Shown here piece after piece: positions 32,895 through 43,037 of a stretch of DNA of 64,000 nt. The stretch spans positions 8,151-72,150 of the forward strand of contig DASYEB010000040.1 in the NCBI GenBank assembly GCA_036499285.1, in the 5' to 3' direction. Source of the DNA: Puia sp. GTDB taxonomy: Bacteria > Bacteroidota > Bacteroidia > Chitinophagales > Chitinophagaceae. A program made the translations under genes and the position numbers. Within the stretch, counting starts at the first letter, position 1. Every line of letters starts with the position of its first letter. Under the pieces are notes generated by a model, which saw only the letters and a program-made list of their open reading frames with translations, ran no database searches and was not told the origin of the DNA.

Positions 32895-33761
32895 CTAACG
32901 GGAGATAGTTTTTCCGAAGACCTTTTTCGCCATTTCGGGACGGCGTATTATAGTCGTGCTGCCTGATATGAAATTGAGTGGGTCCTGGTTCAACACGCAA
33001 GCCATGGCCTCATATAGTTCGGGAAGCTCGTGACGGAAAGGCACGGAGCTTTCAAAAAAAACTTCCACCGCAACGGCCCAGAACTCATGATAATTGGTGG
33101 CTGCATAGTCGCCGAGGAGATTTTTGGCACGTCCTTCCCCCTGCTGCATGGCAGTGAAGATGGGGCGGGCGACCTTGGAGAAATTGGGAAACTCCTTCTT
33201 GAAATGTTTGTCTTCCTCTGTTTGAGTGATGAAGTTGACATAAGCAAGAGCATGAGCCATTTCATGGAGCCCGACATTACAATTGGCCGCCTGGCCGGAG
33301 ATCCCTTTTATAAAATTATCCCAGGAGAGATAGATACCGGTCTGGTCAACATGTCCCATAAAGGGGCGGGAATAAAACCCATAATGATAGTCATCTCTCA
33401 GGATGAAGATGTCATCGAAATAATTCAGCTTGAATTTTTCCAGGCCGAAGGTCAGCTGAACAGCCGCAGCACTGACCAGGATAGGCATTTCAGTCGTTTC
33501 CTGCACCTCTATATAGTGAAAGTTCTTGGCGTGCTGGAAAAGATAGGTGCGGAAAAGGAATTTCCGTTGCTCTTCGAGGCTCAGCCTGTTGTAATATCTG
33601 AAATGCCGGGAGATAACCGAGTGATAAAAAGTTTCCCGCGCGATGAAACGCTTGAACTGATGTCTGTTGTAAAGACGTTGAAAGAGGAGCGTGACAGGAC
33701 GATTCAGGAGAAGTATCCCAATTACCAATGAAATAATGACAACGATTTCCATAAGGTTCAT
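32895..33761 (-). CDS. Zinc-dependent peptidase, M90/MtfA-like (copy 1)
   Basis: N-terminal TM segment; NVGLHEMAHAL (HExxH) and YAATNYHEFWAV. Confidence 0.85.
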   Translation of the reverse strand: MNLMEIVVIISLVIGILLLNRPVTLLFQRLYNRHQFKRFIARETFYHSVISRHFRYYNRLSLEEQRKFLFRTYLFQHAKNFHYIEVQETTEMPILVSAAAVQLTFGLEKFKLNYFDDIFILRDDYHYGFYSRPFMGHVDQTGIYLSWDNFIKGISGQAANCNVGLHEMAHALAYVNFITQTEEDKHFKKEFPNFSKVARPIFTAMQQGEGRAKNLLGDYAATNYHEFWAVAVEVFFESSVPFRHELPELYEAMACVLNQDPLNFISGSTTIIRRPEMAKKVFGKTISR

Positions 33762-33992
33762 TTTTCTTTGTGATTCGAGAACGATCGGGTTACGATCGAG
33801 AAAAACGGTCTTACATTGGCTTTGGATACGGAACTACGGCTTTCAGGTTAGAATGGAAAACCGGTAGGCGGGTTTAATTCAAGAGGAATGAATCGTACGG
33901 ATGCGAAACAAAGTAAAAAGAATTTTTGAAAATGAGAAGAGTTGTGGAAATGTTTTATTTTATCTCTGAAAATCAATACATTACGTCAATTT

Positions 33993-34835
33993 TCAGATCT
34001 GCGGTTCGGAGATCAGCACCTTTTCGGGCGTAAGAGGGTCCTGGTTCAGGAGGGAACAGAGGGCGAAGTAAAGTTCGGGAAGCTGGCGTTTTAAGGAATT
34101 GGAACGTTCGAAGAAGGTTTCGATGCAGACGGCCCAGAATTCCTGGTAGTTGGTGGCTGCATAGGAGTTAAGGACATTAGTTTCACCTGCCTGCATGCGT
34201 TCGAAGATAGGACGCGCGACAAGCGAAAAATCGCTAAAATGATGATAGAACGAGTTGTCGCGGCCATTCTGAACAGTAAAGTTGACATAGGTCAGCGCGT
34301 GGGCCATTTCATGCAAGCCGACATTCTGACCATCCGAATAGTCGGTGTATTCCCGGATGAAATGGTTCCAGGACAGGTAAATTCCTTCTTCGCTGACATG
34401 CCCCTCGAAGGGCATATTATAAACCCCGTAGCGATATTTGTCCTTTAGTATATAAATAGTATGGAAATAGTCCAGCAGGAAATTCTCCAGTCCAAAGGTG
34501 AGCTGTACGGCCGCGGCACTAACCAGCAGGGGCATGATCTCCTCGGGTTCGAGGTCGATATATTCAAACTTTTTTAATTCCATAAATAACAGCACCCGGC
34601 GAAGGAAACGCTCCCGGCCGGCTTTGCCCAGGCTCTTAAAATAGGGGTTGTTCCGGCAGAGCAGGGTTTCGAAATCCCGGTGCTTTTCTTCGTAGACGCG
34701 CACGATCTTTTTCTTTTTAGCCCATACCCACACACGGGGAGTCAGGCGAGCCACAGCTAACCCAAACAGGATAAGGCCAATCATATTGACAGCACCATTG
34801 GACATTAGTAGGAAAAATAACATTTTTTCCCGCAT
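33993..34835 (-). CDS. Zinc-dependent peptidase, M90/MtfA-like (copy 2)
   Basis: N-terminal TM segment; NVGLHEMAHAL and YAATNYQEFWAV. Confidence 0.85.
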   Translation of the reverse strand: MREKMLFFLLMSNGAVNMIGLILFGLAVARLTPRVWVWAKKKKIVRVYEEKHRDFETLLCRNNPYFKSLGKAGRERFLRRVLLFMELKKFEYIDLEPEEIMPLLVSAAAVQLTFGLENFLLDYFHTIYILKDKYRYGVYNMPFEGHVSEEGIYLSWNHFIREYTDYSDGQNVGLHEMAHALTYVNFTVQNGRDNSFYHHFSDFSLVARPIFERMQAGETNVLNSYAATNYQEFWAVCIETFFERSNSLKRQLPELYFALCSLLNQDPLTPEKVLISEPQI

Positions 34836-34897
34836 TGGCCAACGGATGGAAGGCTAATTAATGTGTATTTTTGCCCCTCTTATAAAAAGAATAAAGC

Positions 34898-36754
34898 ATG
34901 TATCGAACTCATACCTGTGGGGAATTAAGGTCAGCACATATTGGACAGTCAGTAACCCTTGCCGGCTGGGTACAGACGGTGCGCAAATTCGGCAGTATTA
35001 CATTTGTCGACTTGCGTGACCGTTATGGTCTCACGCAGCTGCTGTTTGGAGAAGAATTAAATAAAGAGCTGGCAGAAAACCCTTTAGGACGCGAGTTTGT
35101 CCTCCAGGTAAAAGGGGAGGTCAGCGAAAGGACGAGCAGGAACCCGCAGCTGACGACCGGAGATATAGAAATAAAAGTAAATTCGTTTACCATCCTGAAT
35201 AAATCTGTTACCCCTCCCTTTACGATTCAGGATGATACGGATGGCGGAGATGACCTCCGGATGAAATACCGGTATCTCGACCTTCGACGCCAGGCAGTGA
35301 AAAAGAACCTGGAATTGCGGTATGCCGTCAACAGGGCTGCGCGCAATTATCTCCATGAAAATAATTTCATAGACCTTGAAACGCCTTTCCTTATAAAGTC
35401 TACGCCCGAAGGAGCCCGGGACTTTGTAGTGCCCTCCCGGATGAATCCCGGACAGTTCTACGCGCTGCCACAATCGCCGCAGACCTTCAAACAGCTGTTG
35501 ATGGTCAGTGGTTATGACAGGTATTACCAGATCGTCAAATGTTTCCGCGATGAGGACTTGCGCGCAGACCGGCAGCCGGAATTCACCCAGATCGATTGTG
35601 AAATGAGCTTTGTAGAACAGGAAGACATTCTTGCCATGTTCGAGAGCATGGTAAGGTATATTTTTAAGGCTGTAAAGAATATCGATTATACCGAAGCAAT
35701 TCAACGGATGAGCTGGGAAGAGGCCATGTGGCAGTTTGGGAATGACAAACCTGACATCCGGTTTGGCATGAAGATCCTGAATCTGAAATCCGCTTTTAAG
35801 CTGGGTGGCAGGCTGCTGGCTAACGGAGAGCTTATCGGGAACGCAGGCTTCGGGGTCTTTGACAATGCCGAGACCGTGCTGGCTATCAGCGTCCCCGGTT
35901 GCAGCGAATATACCCGTAAACAGACGGATGAGCTGACCGACTGGGTCCGGCGTCCCCAGATAGGCATGCAGGGATTGGTCTATATCAAATACAATACGGA
36001 CGGCAGCCTTAAAAGCAGCGTCGATAAGTTCTATCCCGAAGACAGACTAAAGGCTATTGTCGAAGCGGCGGGCGCCCAACGCGGCGATCTGCTGCTCCTG
36101 CTGGCCGGCAGAGAGGAAAGAACGCGTAAGGCTATGAGCGAGCTCCGCCTCGAAATGGGCAAACGCCTTGGCCTGCGTAAGGAGAATGAATTTAAATTGC
36201 TGTGGGTACTGGATTTCCCGCTGTTTGAATATGCCGAAGAAGACAATCGCTGGGTAGCCCGTCACCACCCTTTTACTTCCCCCAAGCCTTCTGACATCTC
36301 CGTCATGATCAACAATAACCCGGTGATCGAAAATGCGGAGAAATATCTTGAACACCCCTACAATCATATCAAGGCCAACGCCTATGATATGGTATTGAAC
36401 GGAAATGAGATCGGGGGCGGATCGATCCGGATCTACCAGCGTGAGCTGCAGGAAAAAATGTTTGCGGCCCTGGGGATGAGCCAGGAGGAAGCCTTGCATA
36501 AGTTTGGATTCCTGCTGGGAGCTTTCGAATACGGAGCCCCGCCACATGGAGGCATTGCCTTTGGATTTGACAGGCTCTGCTCTATCCTCGGTGGTAGCGA
36601 GAGCATCCGGGACTTTATTGCGTTCCCAAAAAATAACAGTGGCAGGGATGTCATGCTGGATGCGCCGAGCAGCATCGATGACAAGCAGCTGACCGAATTG
36701 TCGATCAGGCTGAACATTAGTGGAGCACAGAATATCGGGAGGGAAAATATATGA
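34898..36754 (+). CDS. aspS: Aspartate--tRNA ligase
   Basis: [66 protein letters not shown]. Confidence 0.98.
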   Translation: MYRTHTCGELRSAHIGQSVTLAGWVQTVRKFGSITFVDLRDRYGLTQLLFGEELNKELAENPLGREFVLQVKGEVSERTSRNPQLTTGDIEIKVNSFTILNKSVTPPFTIQDDTDGGDDLRMKYRYLDLRRQAVKKNLELRYAVNRAARNYLHENNFIDLETPFLIKSTPEGARDFVVPSRMNPGQFYALPQSPQTFKQLLMVSGYDRYYQIVKCFRDEDLRADRQPEFTQIDCEMSFVEQEDILAMFESMVRYIFKAVKNIDYTEAIQRMSWEEAMWQFGNDKPDIRFGMKILNLKSAFKLGGRLLANGELIGNAGFGVFDNAETVLAISVPGCSEYTRKQTDELTDWVRRPQIGMQGLVYIKYNTDGSLKSSVDKFYPEDRLKAIVEAAGAQRGDLLLLLAGREERTRKAMSELRLEMGKRLGLRKENEFKLLWVLDFPLFEYAEEDNRWVARHHPFTSPKPSDISVMINNNPVIENAEKYLEHPYNHIKANAYDMVLNGNEIGGGSIRIYQRELQEKMFAALGMSQEEALHKFGFLLGAFEYGAPPHGGIAFGFDRLCSILGGSESIRDFIAFPKNNSGRDVMLDAPSSIDDKQLTELSIRLNISGAQNIGRENI

Positions 36755-37269
36755 AGACAACCCTTAAGATAGCGAGTGTTCTAACCTGGTTCAACCTGAT
36801 CTGGTGGGGGCTCAACCTGATCACAAGCCTTCCTGGTGCTTTTGCAATGGGTGTACCGATGTTGGCCTTTATTGTCGTGCTGGCTTCGATCCCGCTAAAT
36901 TGTTATGCCGCTTTGCAACTGCATAAAAGTATCCGCCATCCATCCGTGAGATTAAGCTCCCAGGTTCCTATAGGCATCCGCTTTGTTGGACTGGCCGCAG
37001 AGTTTTGTGGTTTTATCCTGATCATCCTTGGATTTTTCTTCCTCATGTACACTGCACAGCTTCTGACGATTGCCAAAGACCCTGCAGTAAGATCCGAAGG
37101 TATCAAGGAGTTTTTAAACCCTCGCGGCATAAGGCTGCTGGGAGGTTTTCTTCTGTTTCTGGGGCTTTGCATAAGCGCGAATGTGATCCTTAACTTCCGG
37201 CTGCTGCGCTGGTATTACCTGGTCAGACAGAGCGACGCCGATACGTCAGAATCTAACGACGGGCACTGA
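36751..37269 (+). CDS. Hypothetical membrane protein (about 4 TM segments)
   Basis: ATGA overlap with the aspS stop; several hydrophobic segments; no recognised family. Confidence 0.65.
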   Translation: MKTTLKIASVLTWFNLIWWGLNLITSLPGAFAMGVPMLAFIVVLASIPLNCYAALQLHKSIRHPSVRLSSQVPIGIRFVGLAAEFCGFILIILGFFFLMYTAQLLTIAKDPAVRSEGIKEFLNPRGIRLLGGFLLFLGLCISANVILNFRLLRWYYLVRQSDADTSESNDGH

Positions 37270-38734
37270 CCAAGGCCACCAGGCCTATCAGCAGCAGGAA
37301 AAAACAAGCGATAAACAGGAGGCGGGTTATAGGCTCGAATGATCTGCCCCTCCCATTCCTGATATTCTCCCGGCAATCGGCGATATAGGTATAGAGTCCC
37401 GGATAATGGTTGTTGTATTTCCGGACGGCTTCAAATTTATTGAGCGCAGCCTGGTAATGATGCTGGTGCCAGGCGGACAGGGCATGCGCAAATAGCTGCG
37501 TGGAGCGGCTGATGCCGGGGCTAACGCCAGCACTATCGAGATATTCGTCCAGAATAGAGACAGGCACCGCAAAGTTAAGCCCTGCTGCCAGCCCACCTGA
37601 ATTCTCCAGGCTCCCAAAGGTCGTCAGTCCAATGACCTCTCCTCTTTCATTACAGACAGGCCCCCCACTGCTGCCATGATTGATATTGGCATCCATCTGT
37701 ACAAGGGGCCAGCCGCCGACAGATTTCTTGATCGCGCTGACGATGCCTGTGGTCATAGTAGGCTCGATAGCAGAAGCAGAAGATACGAAGTCATTATTCG
37801 TCACAGGACCGGGATACCCATAGACAAATAGCTGTTCGCCCACCTGGGGAAGCCCCGATCGCGTAAGGGTCAGCACCGGCATCTCTTCACTTGCCGCGAT
37901 CTTCAGAATAGCGATGTCTTTTCCGGGCATCGGCTGGCCTTTGCTGACGATCGTTGCAGGTTTCTTGACGGTATCACTGTGTCGGTCGCTGCTGTCACTC
38001 CTGTAAACGACATATATGTTTTTCCTGAGATCATAAAGGATCATAGAGAAAAGACGGGAGTAGACACTGGCATAGGTATTATAAAGAAGACTGCGCTGCT
38101 GTTCGGTAAAATGAGTGGCCCAGGACGATTCCAGGGCCGCAATGCTGGCATCGGTGATCTGATGGAAGGCAGAAAGGATAAACTGACGACGGATAAACGA
38201 TTCCTCCCTGTCTATGAGGTGGCAATTGGTAGCCACATATCCGTCACCGGTGATAAAAAAGCCCGTGCCGCTGGCAGTGATCTGTTCGGGCTGTTTGATA
38301 TAATCGAAAGTCGTTTGAAAATAACGGGCAGGCTGATTGTTCATTTCCCTCAGGACGATGTCGAGCTTTTGTTCGGCCGTGACGCCGCCGCCGTGGTCCA
38401 GGTTTTGAATAGAGTCCAATAAGGCGTTGAAAGCCTTATTGTCCATTTTCATGCTGTTGACATAGACATTGGCAGAATACTCGGTCCGGATCATGACGAT
38501 GCCGGGCCTGTTGAGTCCATAATTCTCTACGCCGGAGAGCTTGTTGAACTGGGAGGAAGAAAGGCCGCCGGAAAAGTGGCCCTGACCGGGAGACTGACCG
38601 TCTTTGGAAGACTGGCCGGAAGATGTGGAGACATCGGTGGGTTCGTCGGATACGATAGCCTGGGCAGAGGAGTTTAATCCCAGGATCGTAAATACGACTA
38701 TAAAAAACAACGGCTTTACCCCCATCGAACCCAT
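37253..38734 (-). CDS. Trypsin-like (S1C) serine protease with N-terminal signal and C-terminal TM anchor
   Basis: GTGFFI...ATNCH (His), DIAILKI (Asp), INHGSSGGP (Ser); hydrophobic C-terminus. Confidence 0.87.
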   Translation of the reverse strand: MGSMGVKPLFFIVVFTILGLNSSAQAIVSDEPTDVSTSSGQSSKDGQSPGQGHFSGGLSSSQFNKLSGVENYGLNRPGIVMIRTEYSANVYVNSMKMDNKAFNALLDSIQNLDHGGGVTAEQKLDIVLREMNNQPARYFQTTFDYIKQPEQITASGTGFFITGDGYVATNCHLIDREESFIRRQFILSAFHQITDASIAALESSWATHFTEQQRSLLYNTYASVYSRLFSMILYDLRKNIYVVYRSDSSDRHSDTVKKPATIVSKGQPMPGKDIAILKIAASEEMPVLTLTRSGLPQVGEQLFVYGYPGPVTNNDFVSSASAIEPTMTTGIVSAIKKSVGGWPLVQMDANINHGSSGGPVCNERGEVIGLTTFGSLENSGGLAAGLNFAVPVSILDEYLDSAGVSPGISRSTQLFAHALSAWHQHHYQAALNKFEAVRKYNNHYPGLYTYIADCRENIRNGRGRSFEPITRLLFIACFFLLLIGLVALVSARR

Positions 38735-38802
38735 TTTTTGTTATCTCAATTTAAACATCAAAAACGATAACTTGTTGTACTATTGTTACTTAATATTTTG
38801 TC

Positions 38803-40068
38803 ATGGCATCTCCTCAAGCACCTCTTGCAGAGCGGTTAAGGCCGCAAACGCTGGATCAGCTGGTCGGTCAGCAGCACCTTACCGGCAAGGGTAGTGTACT
38901 CAGAACCGCTATAGCGCATGGGAAACCGCCTTCCATGATCCTCTGGGGCCCTCCCGGGACCGGGAAGACAACTATTGCAGGTATTATTGCCAATTCCCTG
39001 CACGTGCCTTTTTATACCCTCAGCGCCATTTCAGCAGGCGTAAAAGAGGTCCGGGAAGTAATTGCCGAAACGCGGGAGAAAGAAAAAGCCATTTTGTTCA
39101 TCGACGAGATCCACCGTTTCAATAAAGGACAGCAGGATGCCTTGCTGGGAGCCGTGGAAAAGGGCATCGTCACGCTGATAGGTGCAACCACCGAAAATCC
39201 CTCATTCGAGGTCAACAGCGCCTTGCTCAGCAGGTGCCAGGTATACGTATTGCGGTCCCTGACCGAAGAAGATCTCATCCGGGTTTTACACAATGCTTTC
39301 AGGGATGACGCGTGGCTCCGGGATTCCGGCATCGAGCTGAAGGAGACAGCGGCCCTGATCAGGATCTCCGGCGGGGATGCCCGGAAACTCCTGAATCTGC
39401 TTGAAGTAGTGTGTGATGCGGCCGGCAAGGGCGCAGTCATCACGGATGAAAAAGTAATGGAGATTGCACAGCAGCGCATTGCTCTTTATGATAAAAAAGG
39501 GGAGCAGCACTATGATATCATTTCGGCATTTATCAAATGCATCAGAGGCAGCGATCCAAATGCAGCGGTGTACTGGCTGGCAAGGATGATCGAAGGCGGA
39601 GAAGACGTAAAGTTCATCGCCCGCCGACTGCTTATATTAGCGAGTGAAGACATTGGAAATGCCAACCCCAATGCATTGCTGCTGGCCAATGCCTGTTTTG
39701 AAGCGGTGAATAAGATAGGTTACCCTGAGTCCAACCTGATACTTTCACAATGTGTGACCTATCTGGCATCTTCGCCGAAGAGTAATTCCGCAACCGTGGC
39801 TATCGGCGCCGCACAGGCAGCAGTGCGGACACATGGAGACCTCCCGGTCCCCCTACATATCCGTAACGCACCAACGAAGCTAATGAAGAATATGGACTAC
39901 GGAAAGGGATATCAGTACAGTCACAGCTATGAAGGTAATTTCTCCTTGCAGGAATATTTACCAAAGGAAATTGCAGGGACGAAATTTTATGACCCGGGGA
40001 AGAATGCAAGAGAAGAAGAGCTTCGCAGGTTCCTGAAGGGACTCTGGGGAGAAAAATATGGATATTAA
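38803..40068 (+). CDS. rarA: Replication-associated recombination protein A (MgsA/RarA AAA+ ATPase)
   Basis: [55 protein letters not shown]. Confidence 0.95.
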   Translation: MASPQAPLAERLRPQTLDQLVGQQHLTGKGSVLRTAIAHGKPPSMILWGPPGTGKTTIAGIIANSLHVPFYTLSAISAGVKEVREVIAETREKEKAILFIDEIHRFNKGQQDALLGAVEKGIVTLIGATTENPSFEVNSALLSRCQVYVLRSLTEEDLIRVLHNAFRDDAWLRDSGIELKETAALIRISGGDARKLLNLLEVVCDAAGKGAVITDEKVMEIAQQRIALYDKKGEQHYDIISAFIKCIRGSDPNAAVYWLARMIEGGEDVKFIARRLLILASEDIGNANPNALLLANACFEAVNKIGYPESNLILSQCVTYLASSPKSNSATVAIGAAQAAVRTHGDLPVPLHIRNAPTKLMKNMDYGKGYQYSHSYEGNFSLQEYLPKEIAGTKFYDPGKNAREEELRRFLKGLWGEKYGY

Positions 40069-40084
40069 ACAGCCACAATACTAA

Positions 40085-40537
40085 ATGACAACCTGGAACT
40101 GCAAGAAATTTAATCAGCTGAGCCCGGAAGAATTATATATGATCCTGCGTCTGCGCAGCGAAGTATTTGTAGTCGAGCAAAATTGCGTTTTTCTCGATAT
40201 GGACAATAAAGATCTTTATTGTGATCACTTGATGGCATGGGAGGGAGAAAAACTCCTCGCATATTCACGAATAGTACCCGCGGGCATTTCCTATGGGGAA
40301 TCTTCGATAGGAAGGATCGTAAGTTCACCTGCTGCAAGAGGCCGGGGAATAGGCAGGGAGCTACTTATAAAAAGTATAGACGCCTTATATACACTACATG
40401 GAAAAAAGGATATACGCATTGGAGCGCAGTATTATCTGAAAGATTTTTATTCCTCTTTCGGGTTTGTCCAAAAAGGAGAAATCTATCTCGAAGATGGAAT
40501 AGAGCACATTGAAATGTTATTACCTATTGAACCTTAA
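40085..40537 (+). CDS. elaA: ElaA-family GNAT acetyltransferase
   Basis: LRSEVFVVEQNC, IGRIV...RGRGIG, GAQYYL, YLEDGIEHIEM. Confidence 0.88.
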   Translation: MTTWNCKKFNQLSPEELYMILRLRSEVFVVEQNCVFLDMDNKDLYCDHLMAWEGEKLLAYSRIVPAGISYGESSIGRIVSSPAARGRGIGRELLIKSIDALYTLHGKKDIRIGAQYYLKDFYSSFGFVQKGEIYLEDGIEHIEMLLPIEP

Positions 40538-40688
40538 GGTAGTTCCCTTAATTAGTCGGGCTGTGGATAAAATAGTTGACGTTAGATACACAATTTAACG
40601 CCCTTTTTGCGTTTCTTACATGAGGCCCCTTCTTTAAATTCGTTTGAGAGGCGGAATCCAAACCATCGGAAAACTAAATCTAATATCA

Positions 40689-41663
40689 ATGAAACAGAGT
40701 TTACACTCCTTGTCATGGAAGTGTTTGTTTGTATTGGCCGCTACCTTATGTCTGAGTTCTTCTATTTACAGTCAGGAGGAGGCAAGAAACAACACGGAGA
40801 TTGGTCTGACCTTAGGACCAATGGTGTTTCTGGGTGACCTTGGAGGTCATGCCGGCAAAGGCACTACCTTTATCAAAGACTACAATATGACTACCACCAA
40901 GCTTGCGGTGGGTGCCTACGTGGCAGCGTATCCCATGCAGTGGCTGGGATTCCGGTTTTCCTTAAACTATGGCTCTATTGAAGGTGCGGACAATGAGATC
41001 AAGCCTAAGGGCGGTGATGAAGAGAGCCGTCTGGCCCGTAATCTCGATTTCCGCAGTAATATACTGGAAGGGACTGTGATGGCAGAGTTTTATCCAACCG
41101 TTTTCCTGGAAGAGGATCCGGAAGACATTACAGCCCGTCTCCGCCCTTATGGCGTGTTGGGCCTGGGATTCTTCCATTTTAAGCCCCAGGGCAGCTACAG
41201 ATCTCCTAATGGCGATACTTATTGGGTAGATCTGCAGCCGCTGCATACGGAAGGTCAAGGTTTCCCCGAATATCCCGACAGAAAGGATTACAAGCTTACA
41301 CAGCTGAATATTCCGATGGGCGTGGGTATCAAATACTTTATCAGCGAGAATGTAAATGTAGCGTTTGAGATCATCCACCGTAAGACCTTTACAGATTATA
41401 TCGATGATGTGAGTACAAAGTATGTCGATCCAAGTCTTTTCTACAAATATCTGTCCCCTTCACAGGCGCCTATTGCGGCCGCGATGGCGAATAAGACGCC
41501 CGTAGCACAGCAGGATCAGGGTTACAGACCAGGCAATAAAAGAGGCGACCCTTCTCAGAATGACGCCTACTTCACGGCACAGTTCAAGTTAGGTATTCGT
41601 CTTGGCGGCAATAGTGCGAGCCGCTGGAGAAACTCTACACACTGTCCGTTGCTGAGATTCTAA
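40689..41663 (+). CDS. Outer-membrane beta-barrel protein (PorT/DUF6089-like)
   Basis: Signal peptide ending IYS-Q; FLGDLGG, RNLDFRS, IPMGVGIKY, RKTFTDYIDDVS, RGDPSQNDAY. Confidence 0.7.
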   Translation: MKQSLHSLSWKCLFVLAATLCLSSSIYSQEEARNNTEIGLTLGPMVFLGDLGGHAGKGTTFIKDYNMTTTKLAVGAYVAAYPMQWLGFRFSLNYGSIEGADNEIKPKGGDEESRLARNLDFRSNILEGTVMAEFYPTVFLEEDPEDITARLRPYGVLGLGFFHFKPQGSYRSPNGDTYWVDLQPLHTEGQGFPEYPDRKDYKLTQLNIPMGVGIKYFISENVNVAFEIIHRKTFTDYIDDVSTKYVDPSLFYKYLSPSQAPIAAAMANKTPVAQQDQGYRPGNKRGDPSQNDAYFTAQFKLGIRLGGNSASRWRNSTHCPLLRF

Positions 41664-41780
41664 GAAAGAGTTACACGTTGTTGATCGTACTATATTTTGA
41701 TCGTTGTTTTTAGTTTGTTTTAGTTGTTGTTGTTAATCCGTACCCTATCTTTTTTATTGATTCATGAAATCAATAGTATT

Positions 41781-42218
41781 ATGGTTAAAACTGTACCCCT
41801 AAAGAAAACTTTTTTATCTCCGAAAGCGCTTACCCGCCTGGCCGCCTTTGGCCTCGCCTTATGCCTTCAAAGTAATTTTGCCTATGCTGCTGCCGGAGAT
41901 CGTGCGGTCAGCGGTCATCATCCCCCGGGTAACGATACTATCCATAGTATCCAGATCAATAAATCCCTGAGTAGCAAAAAACACAAGATCCGGCTGTATC
42001 CGGATGCCCGTCAGCAAGTGCTGTTCTTCTCTGCCAATGGAGAGAATGGAAAAGTGTATCAGTTATTCCTTTTCGACATGGATGGCAGATTAGTCGCTCA
42101 AACACAAATCCGTAACCGTGAAACAACGGTACTAACCAATATTTCTGAAGGTAATTTCCTCTTCGAGGTCTTTACCGACGACGAGCGTATTGAAAATGGA
42201 CAGTTGTTGGTAAGATGA
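41781..42218 (+). CDS. Small secreted protein consisting essentially of a T9SS type-A C-terminal sorting domain
   Basis: Signal peptide followed by IRLYPD...LFLFDMDGRLV...EGNFLFEV...LLVR, the pattern of Por secretion CTDs. Confidence 0.7.
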   Translation: MVKTVPLKKTFLSPKALTRLAAFGLALCLQSNFAYAAAGDRAVSGHHPPGNDTIHSIQINKSLSSKKHKIRLYPDARQQVLFFSANGENGKVYQLFLFDMDGRLVAQTQIRNRETTVLTNISEGNFLFEVFTDDERIENGQLLVR

Positions 42219-42256
42219 CTGTCCGGGACCGGACCCTGTCCGGTTCAAACGAACAA

Positions 42257-42386
42257 CCAATAGGCAAGCAGGGAAATTGGTAAAATCCGAATATCCGAAG
42301 GTTAAGTAAAACCTGATCCGTTCCCTATTCTAGGTACCCTTTACAAACAAAGATTTTATTAATCACTCCCTGCTGCCGCCTGTTGG
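42257..42386 (+). ncRNA. Candidate structured non-coding RNA, rod-shaped and 6S-like in topology
   Basis: Three stacked helices (9+8+12 bp) pair 42257-42287 with 42352-42386. All three non-Watson-Crick pairs are G-U on the + strand. No ORF in this intergenic gap. Confidence 0.45.
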
Positions 42387-42439
42387 AATCGCGGGGATCC
42401 GTTAACCAGACCCCACAACCCCTAACCTCTAAAAATTGA

Positions 42440-42472
42440 AACCCGCGACAAACAAGCCGCGGGTTATTTATT
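42440..42472. terminator. Intrinsic terminator between convergent units
   Basis: AACCCGCG-N11-CGCGGGTT stem followed by ATTTATTT on +; flanked by AAAAATTG on the other side. Confidence 0.65.
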
Positions 42473-42507
42473 TATGGAAGATCCCGCCTATTTGAGGAAG
42501 GTGCTGG

Positions 42508-43035
42508 CTACCTGAGAAAGATGTCCGCTGCTTCCTTCCAGTTGTTAATGCGGTCGTAGCCGGTGACCTCGAGATTATGAGCAGCGGTATAGATGTAGGG
42601 TTTCCCTTTGAAGCCCTTCAGGTTCTTTACGTGATCGTCGATCATGAAGTCGCCGAATACAAGGTCCTTACTACCGGTGAGGGCTATTTGCTTCCAGCTA
42701 AAGAAGGGGAAGTGATCCATCAACCATTCCAGCTTGTCTTTTAGGGAATTGGGAAATTCCATAGCCGCAGAGACGATAAAGACCTCGTATTGTTTGTTAA
42801 GTTCACGAAGCACGTCGACGCTGTCTTCCATCACCGTCAGATGGCGAAAGAAACCAGGAGCCTTGAGCCGTTCCATGATCATGGTCTGATGCTCTTCCGG
42901 AAAACCTTTTACCCAGGAGCCGACGAGCATTTTATCCCAGTCGACTTCGCCGCCATGTTCGGCACGATACCATTCTATCATATCACCCATAGGATCGGCG
43001 ATGACTTCGTCCATGTCGATTATAATACGTTGCAT
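42508..43035 (-). CDS. 5'(3')-deoxyribonucleotidase (HAD, NT5C family)
   Basis: IIIDMDEV (DxD), PGFFRHL, IVSAA, K...WL..HFPF, MIDDH. Confidence 0.9.
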   Translation of the reverse strand: MQRIIIDMDEVIADPMGDMIEWYRAEHGGEVDWDKMLVGSWVKGFPEEHQTMIMERLKAPGFFRHLTVMEDSVDVLRELNKQYEVFIVSAAMEFPNSLKDKLEWLMDHFPFFSWKQIALTGSKDLVFGDFMIDDHVKNLKGFKGKPYIYTAAHNLEVTGYDRINNWKEAADIFLR

Positions 43036-43037
43036 AG

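Noticed and set aside
40562-40570. Perfect DnaA-box 9-mer TGTGGATAA
   Set aside because: Single copy with no cluster or AT-rich unwinding repeats; not evidence of an origin.
42219-42507. Possible RNase P, tmRNA, SRP RNA or small toxin ORF in this gap
   Set aside because: The signature sequences of these RNAs are absent and there is no credible ORF; kept only as an unassigned structured RNA candidate.
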